64,000 nucleotides of DNA. It comes from a virus. Taxonomy: Duplodnaviria > Caudoviricetes. Shown in pieces: positions 31,716 to 40,963 of this stretch (the first letter of the stretch is position 1; each line of letters begins with the position of its first letter). The DNA is taken from IMG/VR virus record IMGVR_UViG_3300050336_000030, one strand, 5' to 3'. A model generated the notes under the pieces. That model saw only the letters and a list, made by a program, of their open reading frames with translations. It did not search any database and was not told where the DNA came from. The position numbers were made by a program, and so were the translations under genes.

Positions 31716-34462
31716 TCTTCTTCCTCCATTTCTATTTCTACGTTAATTTTAGTCTTTTCCATTTTGAATTTTTGCCCATTAAATAAAATATCACCAGATT
31801 CGCATAATGTAGGGTAATTAATTTCATAATTGTTTCTTTTAAGTAAATTTTTAATAAACACATCACCACATATATCCCATGCAAACTGTTTTGAGTTATT
31901 AGTTGTATAGCACATATCAAGTACAATATTACACAAAATTTCTTCGTTTGTGCAAACCAGATAACAAGCCTTTTTAAAAGTTTCTTTCATAATAAATCTC
32001 ATTATATTTTTTTCATTTGATTTAATACGTTGTTTTTTACATAATTTCGAATAATTACTCAAACTAGTTTTATATTCGTTGTATATTTTACTTACTTTCT
32101 CATATAAATCTTTAGAATATTCTGTATCACTTTTTAAAATTGAATAATCAAATTCGCTTCCATTGTTAAATCTAAAATTGTCAAACTTACTTTCTATTTT
32201 CCAACATATTTTATTTATTATACAAGGATTCATACCTAAAGGAATTTTTTTATAATAGTAATAAATAAATTTTTCTTCTTCTTTTGTCTTTTTTTCTTTA
32301 GATAGCAATTCGTCAAAAGTAATCCCAAATTGCATGATACATTTATCATTGTTATTCTGTTTGTAATCTTCATATTTATGTTTTTCTTTTGGATATATAT
32401 ATTGCATAAAGTAAGGTTTTTTATCTGCAATTATAGTGCGATTAATTACATTATTTTTATTTTGCTTTGAAGAATAATTACTGTTATATTTATTTGATAT
32501 CCAATTGTGCCATTCTTCAGGCATAGGATTAGATTCAATTCCTTTGGTCTTGTCAATTGCATTTTGCTGATATAATTGACCACATTTAATCCTATAATCC
32601 AAAATATTATATTCTCTAGTATTTGGCTTATATTGTGATTGTACCTCAATCATAGATGTGATTTTATTAGTAATTTCACCAACAGCATTACCAAAACTAT
32701 TTATATTTGCTTGTATAAAACTATCTTCTGTTGGTACGCACTTAGGGGCTTTGCGTTGCTCACATATAATTGCCGGTAATATTTTTGTGTTTTCAACAAT
32801 AAGCGGCATTGACACATTTATGACACAATCTCCATCTTTGTCCAACCCATTCATTGCATGTGCCGATGTATCCCAACTATTAAAAATACTAATAGTTTTC
32901 ATATATTTATAAAATTCATCCATTTCTTCATTATGTACGATTTCAAATACTCTAATATTATTATGACATGTCATTGGTGCTCTAAAACTTGCTATTTTAT
33001 TTACTTCTTTATCTAACCAATACTTTGAATACATTTGTCCAGCCTTTAATAATCCTGTAACTTTTAATCCAAACATAGACTGACATAATGAATATGGATC
33101 TCCACTTACTAATGAATAATTAGCTGGAACATTCAAAACTCCTACTTTCGCTTCATTAATTCTTTTTCGTATCATTGAATGTATCCTATTCCTAACAAAA
33201 GGATCATTCATCATACGTTTATCAATCATAAGAGCTGTAGAAAAATCATTATCCAAATGTTGTACATTGATTTTATTTAATTCAGTGCCTTTTATATAAA
33301 GTAAAGTTTTCCTATAATCACCGCTTAAAATATCGTATATTTCATTAATAGTAGATTCGATCAATTCATCAATTTGTTCATCTGTAAAATCATAGCTCTG
33401 TAAAAATTGGTAATTCATAGTACGTTCATTTTCCAATTCTTCTTCTGAGGCTTTTGTAATTGAAAAAGTATAATTATTCTTTTTGCAATTATACAGGTAC
33501 ATGTATATTGACTGATATGAATCCCATAATTTTAACATAGACTCCGTTAAAACTAACTCTATTCTATCTATATGATGCCAGGCGCCCCAAACATCCTGAA
33601 TATATTTTATGCCGTTATCCCGTGCAAATTTTTGAAAGTCAACGCAAAATACAGCCCCCTTACAAAAACTATTCCGTATAACACATCCAGATAGAATATA
33701 ATCTTCTTCAATATCATTACTCCATCGCTCCATTAGTGATGGCATGGCAAGTCCATAACCATCACTATCATTTAATTCTATATAATCATTTATTAATTGC
33801 ATTTTTGGTTGTTTCATATTGCTATCATCTAATTTAATATAATCTGTTTTAAATTTGGTAATACAATCTTTTACAACAACAATTCCTTTTGGCATAGAAA
33901 CAGGGGTAGAAGCACTACATGTTAATGCTTGGTAAGCTTCTAATTTTGCAGGAGAGAACTCTTTACTTTTATCTCTTCCATTATCAATACGCCTTTTAAG
34001 CTCAGGTAATAATTTTTCATTTACAAAAACTATAGTTGAATTTTTAACACCTCCAGTTGTTCCTAATAAACGCCTATAAGTAATATCGTTAATTATGAAT
34101 CCATTTTTACATATTTTTTGATAATCTTTTAATTTATCTATGACAACACACATGTAATCTGGTTTAAATAATAAATCATCTAGCTGTTTATAATACATTT
34201 TTATTTCATTTTGTGTTTGCCTTATGTTTGGATTTCTTTTTAGCTTTTTTATTCTGTTTTTAATGAAACTAATTGTTATTTCTGGATTAAATACATCGTT
34301 AACTTCATCAATAAACCTTAAAATTTGATTATCGCTTAATGCTATCAATTCATTATTTACTCTAGCTTCATCTATTGACATATTTATATTCCAATCAGCC
34401 CTTCTTAAACGAGAAGAATGAACTTTTAAAATATATCTTTGCGAGGTTAGTTGTTTGGACAT
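31706..34462 (-). CDS. yonO: YonO-type single-subunit (RdRP-fold) DNA-dependent RNA polymerase
   Basis: 918 aa; DSDGYG, IRNSFCKG, FRAP, catalytic GLDKDGD (DxDGD), QNAIDKTKG; upstream of the late genes as in SPbeta. Confidence 0.88.
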   Translation of the reverse strand: MSKQLTSQRYILKVHSSRLRRADWNINMSIDEARVNNELIALSDNQILRFIDEVNDVFNPEITISFIKNRIKKLKRNPNIRQTQNEIKMYYKQLDDLLFKPDYMCVVIDKLKDYQKICKNGFIINDITYRRLLGTTGGVKNSTIVFVNEKLLPELKRRIDNGRDKSKEFSPAKLEAYQALTCSASTPVSMPKGIVVVKDCITKFKTDYIKLDDSNMKQPKMQLINDYIELNDSDGYGLAMPSLMERWSNDIEEDYILSGCVIRNSFCKGAVFCVDFQKFARDNGIKYIQDVWGAWHHIDRIELVLTESMLKLWDSYQSIYMYLYNCKKNNYTFSITKASEEELENERTMNYQFLQSYDFTDEQIDELIESTINEIYDILSGDYRKTLLYIKGTELNKINVQHLDNDFSTALMIDKRMMNDPFVRNRIHSMIRKRINEAKVGVLNVPANYSLVSGDPYSLCQSMFGLKVTGLLKAGQMYSKYWLDKEVNKIASFRAPMTCHNNIRVFEIVHNEEMDEFYKYMKTISIFNSWDTSAHAMNGLDKDGDCVINVSMPLIVENTKILPAIICEQRKAPKCVPTEDSFIQANINSFGNAVGEITNKITSMIEVQSQYKPNTREYNILDYRIKCGQLYQQNAIDKTKGIESNPMPEEWHNWISNKYNSNYSSKQNKNNVINRTIIADKKPYFMQYIYPKEKHKYEDYKQNNNDKCIMQFGITFDELLSKEKKTKEEEKFIYYYYKKIPLGMNPCIINKICWKIESKFDNFRFNNGSEFDYSILKSDTEYSKDLYEKVSKIYNEYKTSLSNYSKLCKKQRIKSNEKNIMRFIMKETFKKACYLVCTNEEILCNIVLDMCYTTNNSKQFAWDICGDVFIKNLLKRNNYEINYPTLCESGDILFNGQKFKMEKTKINVEIEMEEEDCQ

Positions 34463-35895
34463 TCATTTTCCTCCTCATTTCTTAATATAAAAACATGTCT
34501 AAATACACTTTCTTTCCCATCATTCATAATTATATAATTATAAATTTCATTCATTGATTTTTGTAATTTTTCAATTATATAATTTAAAATACATTCTTGT
34601 GAAATATCATCAAAATTAAATATACTCACCCAAAAATAATCTTCATGATTGTAATTATATGCATTTTTGATTTTTATATAAATTTTATAACCATCTTTCC
34701 AATTGGAAGTTTTTGGCTTTTCAAAATTCAATTCCCAAATTGAATTTATTATTTGTAAATTAATATTGAATAATACTTCATCTATTTCTTTACAAAATAT
34801 TGGATATTTTAATTCTCTATCGTATATCTCATCTGCCTCATTTTTTATTTTATTAATAACATTTTTTATTTTTGAATATCTAAAAATCCATTCTCTTGAA
34901 TGATACCATTTAGACAAATCCTTATTCGTCATTAATGACTTATAATTACAATAAATATAAAATCCTTCCCTATCTATAAACTGTACTCTATTAATTATTA
35001 CGTTTTCAGGAAACATATTTTTGATATTTGTTTCTGTGAATTCAGTCCGTAAACATGAATTAATTATATCTCTAAATGAATCATTATAATCTTTAACACA
35101 TGACATTTTTTTAACTATATTAAAACAAACTTCTTTATCTTCATTTGGAAGATTATTAAACGAATATAATAATTTTTTAAAATTAGTTCCATGAGTTTTA
35201 AAATTTTGAAGTTCATTCCAAAACCAATCAAGTCTTTCCCACATAATTTTATAATTTAATTTATCTTGGCGTTTCCATTCAAGTTTTCTTTTGGCAATAG
35301 TTTCATCATAATCTGATTTTGTATATAATTTAATAAAGCATTTACCATCAGAATAAATCAGATTAAATTCTGGAATATCGTATGAAAATTTTTGATTAAT
35401 AAAATATCTAACATCAACTTCTACTACGTCGTTTCCTAATTCATCCCACTTTGGAATATAGTGTTCAGTCTTTTTATTTGTATTTTTAATTTCAAAAAAG
35501 AATGTTTTGTCTTCTTTTGTATAAACCGTAATGTCTGGCCTGTAATCACCAAACTTAGTATGATATGTTTTCTCTGTTTCAATTTTTTCTACCGTATAAT
35601 TTTGTTCATTAATTCTCAATTTACACCCAGATTCAAATAACCATGTTTTACATATGAAATGAACAAAAGTTTCATCATTACATCCTCCTGTCTCATGATA
35701 ATAATGTGCTTGTACTTGATATTCTCTGTCATCCTTATATGCTCTTGGCTTTATAATTCCTCTACAACAAGGACAATAATATACGGTATTTTCATTTGCA
35801 TCTTTTATGTGTATGTAATTTGCGTCTTCACCAAGTGAATCTAATGCTACTATGAGTTGCGGTAAATCTTTATACATGTCTTTGTATTCTTCCAT
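34447..35895 (-). CDS. CoiA-like Zn/PD-(D/E)xK nuclease-domain protein
   Basis: YYCPCC..HYYH..ETFVHFICK..YRPDI..FFEIKNT. Confidence 0.65.
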   Translation of the reverse strand: MEEYKDMYKDLPQLIVALDSLGEDANYIHIKDANENTVYYCPCCRGIIKPRAYKDDREYQVQAHYYHETGGCNDETFVHFICKTWLFESGCKLRINEQNYTVEKIETEKTYHTKFGDYRPDITVYTKEDKTFFFEIKNTNKKTEHYIPKWDELGNDVVEVDVRYFINQKFSYDIPEFNLIYSDGKCFIKLYTKSDYDETIAKRKLEWKRQDKLNYKIMWERLDWFWNELQNFKTHGTNFKKLLYSFNNLPNEDKEVCFNIVKKMSCVKDYNDSFRDIINSCLRTEFTETNIKNMFPENVIINRVQFIDREGFYIYCNYKSLMTNKDLSKWYHSREWIFRYSKIKNVINKIKNEADEIYDRELKYPIFCKEIDEVLFNINLQIINSIWELNFEKPKTSNWKDGYKIYIKIKNAYNYNHEDYFWVSIFNFDDISQECILNYIIEKLQKSMNEIYNYIIMNDGKESVFRHVFILRNEEENECPNN

Positions 35896-36024
35896 TTAAT
35901 TCTCCTCTCAATTTTAATATAATACATTAAGTACCATAAAACTATCACTTAACCACTATTGTAAAAATCAAATTCCCTAAACACAGATAAATCCTTAACC
36001 ATTTCCAATATGGTACCATCCTTT

Positions 36025-36819
36025 CTATTTTTCGGTGTTTTGATCAAACTTCTTCTTTAAATACTTAAACTCTTTTATATAATCAATCCCCCATTGTAAC
36101 TCTTTTTCGTAATTATAATTATCATCAATAATGAAGCTTCCATTTTCAGTATTCTTTTTATACTTATATTTATTAACAAACAGTGTAACTTCCGTATGCC
36201 AATTATCATTTTCATCTTTCCATCGTGGCAACTCATAAGACTTAATAATATTCATTTCATTCAATATTTTTACCGACCTGGATATATACCTGTTGCTTAA
36301 ACCGATATCTTTCTCAATATTGATATACATCCGGTAACAAAATTCAGGTTTATCTGATTCATTGCCAATATAATATTCTTGCCTACGCAACATATTGACT
36401 CGCAAGTAAGAGAGTACAAGCAGTAGAATGGAAGAGTTCATTCTATTTGTATCTTCTGTATATTTTTTAAAGTCTCTTATCTTTTGAATTTCATTAAAGT
36501 AAATAATTGCAAAACTATTTGGAACATCAAACTTATCATTGTTAATAACGGCTTCGCAAAACAAATTTGATAAAATATTTCCATTAACCGTTATGTATTC
36601 ATTATTAACTAATCCATTTATGCATTGTGTGACTTGGTCATTAATTTTATTTTTATGATAATCAACTGAATGACCACACCACCCAACTATATTATTACAA
36701 GAAAACCCAACAGTATCATCAAACCCTCTTTTTGAAGCAAAATAAGAATATACCATAACATATTTCTCTTTAAAATCTTTAGTATAAATTATTTCTCTTG
36801 GTATTAATATGTAATTGAT
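36025..36819 (-). CDS. Putative replication initiator / winged-HTH protein
   Basis: The frame extends 21 codons above the tracked ATG to an ATC after SD GGAGGGTG (INYILIPREII..); C-terminal HTH IEKDIGLSNRYISRSVKILNEMNII; direct repeats upstream. Confidence 0.5.
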   Translation of the reverse strand: MNYILIPREIIYTKDFKEKYVMVYSYFASKRGFDDTVGFSCNNIVGWCGHSVDYHKNKINDQVTQCINGLVNNEYITVNGNILSNLFCEAVINNDKFDVPNSFAIIYFNEIQKIRDFKKYTEDTNRMNSSILLLVLSYLRVNMLRRQEYYIGNESDKPEFCYRMYINIEKDIGLSNRYISRSVKILNEMNIIKSYELPRWKDENDNWHTEVTLFVNKYKYKKNTENGSFIIDDNYNYEKELQWGIDYIKEFKYLKKKFDQNTEK

Positions 36820-36852
36820 TTTTACACCCTCCCTATAACTGTAAATTTATGT

Positions 36853-36924
36853 ATATTTTAATTTAGGTACATTCACCAATGGTCTAAAATAAAAAATATT
36901 TTAATTTAGGACATTGAAAATGGC
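36853..36924. repeat. Two direct repeats (iteron/operator-like)
   Basis: ATATTTTAATTTAGG at 36853 and 36896, each followed by (T)ACATT..AATGG. Confidence 0.6.
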
Positions 36925-37131
36925 ACTTTGGTTACACTCATAAACTATATATACAAATATAACTATAGATTACTTTTTGCTACGCAATCGAAATAAACTT
37001 TTTGCATCTATTTCTTGTTTTATTTTTACCATACCATTTCTCCTTTCTGATTAATTTTATCATATTTCGAATAGTATCATATAACTATCACTGTAACCTT
37101 TTTCTTTGTAATATTCTATCCCTACACTTAT

Positions 37132-37172
37132 AGAATACCACAGCAAAACTACTTTGTCAATACGTTTCATAT
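37132..37172 (-). promoter_or_regulatory. sigmaA-type promoter of the rep-RNAP operon with an upstream ATATGAAAC box
   Basis: Minus strand ATATGAAAC-GTA-TTGACA-17-TATTCT with extended TG. Confidence 0.6.
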
Positions 37173-37225
37173 AACTAATACATAAAATTTTTTAATGAGC
37201 GTAAGTTTCCCTACACCCATAATGA

Positions 37226-37807
37226 TTATAATTTGAAGTTGCTGAAGTCTGTATTTATGATTTTGTACTTTACATTACATTTCTCTGGTAACTTTATATT
37301 ATCTCCAATTATAAATATCATTGGCATGATAGGGTAGTGGTTCTTGTAATTTCCACTTATATAAAATTTTTCATATTTGTTATAATTAAATCCTTTATGG
37401 CTTATTTCTACTTCAAGTAATCCTACATCAAGTTTTCCATTGTATCTGTAACCAAATACTGCATCAGGTCTTATATCATCGTATACGGGTTCTATCTTAA
37501 AATTTAATATTTCTGCTTTCTTGTGAAGTTCTCTGTAAAAATCCGTTACCAATATGCTATGTCTTAGCTGCTTAGGTAATGTTTTCTTTGTGTGATAGAT
37601 ATATTCTTGTGATACAAAATCTCTGGTACGTCTAATCATCTTTTCTTTATATATCATCGCTAATCTCTTATAACATGATCTTACACTTGGAAAGAATACT
37701 TCAGCTATTGTAGAGGTAGTAGCTACTTTATAGTTGTTTATAAAGTTAATTATCTCGTAATCTCTACTTGTCATCATGGCCTCTATCCTTTCATCAAAAA
37801 TTTTCAA
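37226..37807 (-). CDS. Replic_Relax-family protein (wHTH + PD-(D/E)xK)
   Basis: MTSRDYEIINFI..LRHSILVTDFY..IRPDAVF..LLEVE; follows FtsK; true start probably ~37777. Confidence 0.75.
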   Translation of the reverse strand: MKIFDERIEAMMTSRDYEIINFINNYKVATTSTIAEVFFPSVRSCYKRLAMIYKEKMIRRTRDFVSQEYIYHTKKTLPKQLRHSILVTDFYRELHKKAEILNFKIEPVYDDIRPDAVFGYRYNGKLDVGLLEVEISHKGFNYNKYEKFYISGNYKNHYPIMPMIFIIGDNIKLPEKCNVKYKIINTDFSNFKL

Positions 37808-39029
37808 TTACCTGTAATAATTCATCATCTGTAGTGATTTTTTCATTTAACATAAATGCTTTGTTAATATAGGTATGTTTAATCAGTTCCTTACATTGTT
37901 CTATATCCAAATAAGGACATTGTATCTCAGTAATTTTCCCTCCACGTTTAAATTTACCATGACCATTTCCATGTAATTTTTCTAATCCAGTTTCATCAAT
38001 AATAATGCTGCTATTTGTTCCATTGAGTGTTTTTAACCCTAATACGTTGCCTATATTGACCTTTATTCCTCCAGTTACAACTTTAGAATCTGGTCTTTGC
38101 GTTGCAATTATAACATGTATACCACAACTTCTCGCTTTTCTCCCAAGTTCTTCTATTAGAGATAAACCATCTTTATTGTATTGTAAATCAGCAAATTCAT
38201 CTATTATTAGAATTTGATAATCAATTTTTGTATCTTTAAATTTACTATTATAACCTTTGATTCCAGTTACTCCAACACTATAAAAAAGATTGCTTCTTCG
38301 TTCAACCTCAATACATAATTCTTGTAATATTTTTTTTGCCTCACTAATATTACGCGAAAAACTTATTACTTGTTTTGACTTTGAAAATACAGAAAATTCA
38401 ACCCCCATTTTAAGATCTATTAAATGAAGTTTAATGTTAGTTGTAAGTAAAATATTAGTTATAATCGATCTAATTATTGTGCTCTTTCCTGATCCTGTTT
38501 CTCCGGCTATAAGCATATGTGGTTCTCCATCGGATAGGTCACATGTAATTAATTCTCCCCGTCTATCATATCCGATAATGATTGGCACATCACCTTTAAT
38601 CTTAATGGGAGAGTAGTGGTAATTGGATTTTAATTTCTCATTATATTCTTCAATGTATATTTCTTTATAAGTATATTTGATATCTATATCTTTTCCCACA
38701 TATTGCTCTATAGCTTCTTTTTTATCAAGAAAGTCCGTTAATGATAATCCACATGGCAGTGTAAATTTATAAATGGTACTGTAATCTGTTTTGTGTTTGC
38801 TTTTGAATATTGGGTATGCAATTCCTATTCCTAAGTCAAGATTCTTAAATATCTTATTGTATTTACTCCAAGTCCATCCATAATAAGCTAATCCAGCAAC
38901 ACCACTTGCGTTTAGCATATAACTAATCGGTGCAAATGGTGGATAGAGTGCAGATATAAATGCTCCACCTATAATGCAATAAATACTGGTTTCAATAAGT
39001 GAATCTTTCTTATCTTTTTTACTTGCCAT
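37794..39029 (-). CDS. FtsK/SpoIIIE-family ATPase with N-terminal TM helices
   Basis: PHMLIAGETGSGKS, LIDLKMG, IIDEFA, GIHVIIATQRP. Confidence 0.9.
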   Translation of the reverse strand: MASKKDKKDSLIETSIYCIIGGAFISALYPPFAPISYMLNASGVAGLAYYGWTWSKYNKIFKNLDLGIGIAYPIFKSKHKTDYSTIYKFTLPCGLSLTDFLDKKEAIEQYVGKDIDIKYTYKEIYIEEYNEKLKSNYHYSPIKIKGDVPIIIGYDRRGELITCDLSDGEPHMLIAGETGSGKSTIIRSIITNILLTTNIKLHLIDLKMGVEFSVFSKSKQVISFSRNISEAKKILQELCIEVERRSNLFYSVGVTGIKGYNSKFKDTKIDYQILIIDEFADLQYNKDGLSLIEELGRKARSCGIHVIIATQRPDSKVVTGGIKVNIGNVLGLKTLNGTNSSIIIDETGLEKLHGNGHGKFKRGGKITEIQCPYLDIEQCKELIKHTYINKAFMLNEKITTDDELLQVIENF

Positions 39030-39037
39030 AAAACCTC

Positions 39038-39322
39038 CTATTCAAAAACACCTAATAGAGTATCAATACCATTTTCATTTATTGGCAGGTTATTATTTAA
39101 CACTGGCCTATAACTATAATTTTTATTATATTCGTGCGGATTTTCCTCTCGTTCTAATTTTTCCATTGCAGCTTCTTTTAACCAACCACTAACATCAATA
39201 AAATTACATCTTTTTTCTATACGAAAATATAATTCCAATTCTTTTGGTTTTCTTTTAAATGATACTTCAATAACCGGATTTCTATCACTCTCTGGATTCC
39301 ATATTTTATTTTTATTTCTCAT
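39038..39322 (-). CDS. Putative ParR-like DNA-binding adaptor
   Basis: Small gene right after the actin-like ATPase; VSFK..ELY..SGWLKEA RHH-like pattern. Confidence 0.55.
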   Translation of the reverse strand: MRNKNKIWNPESDRNPVIEVSFKRKPKELELYFRIEKRCNFIDVSGWLKEAAMEKLEREENPHEYNKNYSYRPVLNNNLPINENGIDTLLGVFE

Positions 39323-39324
39323 AA

Positions 39325-40245
39325 CTACCTCCTAGTACAGAATACTTGTGGCTGATTGAGAATATTACCAAATTTTTGTAATCCCACTTTGTAATAGCCT
39401 AATGCATTTGAAAATTGTGAATTTGGCATTAATTTGACTGACGGGAAGTACTGTTTAAACAATTCATAGAATATAATTGCACTTCCACCACAGAGGTAGA
39501 TTTGTGTACTGGTAGACGGATAGTTTAATTGGAACTCTTTTATAATAGGATTTAAATATTGTTTTAATGTTGGAATTAAGAAATCGTTAGATACTTTTTC
39601 ACCATAAATGGTAAGGCCGTTAACAAGAATGTTTTCTGCATATTGAATATCATAAGCCAAGTTATACTTCTCGTTTACCTGGTTAATTATCTTGGAATAT
39701 ATTTTTTGTATGCCTTGCATCCAAGTATCATATTTGTGTAAGATTGGATTCCCATACATTATTTCTAAGTACGCAATATCAATTGACATTCCACCAAAGT
39801 CAAAGATAATAATATTTCCACTTACATCTTGTAGACTTAATAATGCTCCGATTCCTTGTGGCATAACCAATACATCATTAATTTGAAATTTAAATGGCTT
39901 ATCTTTGTAGATGACTTCACAGTTGTTATATCCGAGTATCATTTTCTTGAATTTATCTTTCTGAGATTTTAATTGGCTTATGGGTAATCCAACAACTAAG
40001 TAATAATCATCTGATCCGGTAAGTGCTAAGTTAGTAAGCGTAGTAACTTTGTTCATTTCTGAATCTGATTTGTCGAATTGTATATTTCTGTCACCAGCTC
40101 CGACGGAGTAATCAACTCCATCAATGGTTATAAAAGCGGAACTTCCCATTGTGATTCCTGACTTTGTATAAGCGGAACGAAATATCCTCATTTCATTATC
40201 TTTGGTGTATAAGTATCCATGGTCTAATCCTTTAATTTTACTCAT
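39325..40245 (-). CDS. ParM/StbA-family actin-like ATPase
   Basis: GLDHGYLYTK, VVGLP, PQG, IFDFGGMSID, LCGGSA, NALGY. Confidence 0.88.
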   Translation of the reverse strand: MSKIKGLDHGYLYTKDNEMRIFRSAYTKSGITMGSSAFITIDGVDYSVGAGDRNIQFDKSDSEMNKVTTLTNLALTGSDDYYLVVGLPISQLKSQKDKFKKMILGYNNCEVIYKDKPFKFQINDVLVMPQGIGALLSLQDVSGNIIIFDFGGMSIDIAYLEIMYGNPILHKYDTWMQGIQKIYSKIINQVNEKYNLAYDIQYAENILVNGLTIYGEKVSNDFLIPTLKQYLNPIIKEFQLNYPSTSTQIYLCGGSAIIFYELFKQYFPSVKLMPNSQFSNALGYYKVGLQKFGNILNQPQVFCTRR

Positions 40246-40263
40246 ACTGCCTCCTTACATGAA

Positions 40264-40352
40264 TTTTCATGAAAAATCCTGTAATTAATCTTGATTTATA
40301 CTTTAATCTATGCCTATATGAGAGATTAGTTTACTAAATTTCATGAAATTTA
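40264..40352. repeat. Paired TTTCATGAAA palindromes upstream of parM (parC/operator candidate)
   Basis: TTTTCATGAAAA at 40264-40275; perfect 18-bp TAAATTTCATGAAATTTA at 40335-40352. Confidence 0.5.
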
Positions 40353-40417
40353 TAGAAATCAGCATAGTGCTTGTATGATTTTGTCCTTTTTGTTCATAAT
40401 ACCGATGAGGTGATAAC

Positions 40418-40963
40418 ATGTTGATATATTCAATTGCAATGATAATATTAATTATGTTTGTAATCTGGATCATAAACCATAAGCAGTATAAAGCAAATAA
40501 GCCAATTGGTGACATTGGGGAGAGTATAGTTAAAAATAGATTGAGTGTGCTAGTGGATGATTATGTCGTTGAACATAATGTTCATTTGGGGAAAGCTCAG
40601 ATAGATCATCTTGTAATTAACCATGGAGTTAAAATTGTATTTGTTATAGAAACAAAATTGTGGGGAGGTATTATTACCGGAAGTAGTAGTGATGATTACT
40701 GGAGACAGGATAAAAATGGGGTAATAAGATATTTTGATAATCCAATAAAACAGAATAATTATCATTGCAGCGTAGTGAGAAAATATTATTCTGGGTATAA
40801 GGTTTATAATGTAGTAGTGTTTGTTAAGAATAACAATGTACCTAAATCAAAATGTATTATTGGTGTAAATGATTTGGTTAATTATATTATTGGGATGACT
40901 AATAAGGTGTCTAATAGGGGTGGAATAGAGGTAGAAACAGACTGGTTGACCAAGAGGGTGTAG
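40418..40963 (+). CDS. NERD-domain nuclease-like protein with N-terminal TM helix
   Basis: GDIGE..QIDHLVI..VFVIETKLWGG..NPIKQN..H. Confidence 0.85.
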   Translation: MLIYSIAMIILIMFVIWIINHKQYKANKPIGDIGESIVKNRLSVLVDDYVVEHNVHLGKAQIDHLVINHGVKIVFVIETKLWGGIITGSSSDDYWRQDKNGVIRYFDNPIKQNNYHCSVVRKYYSGYKVYNVVVFVKNNNVPKSKCIIGVNDLVNYIIGMTNKVSNRGGIEVETDWLTKRV

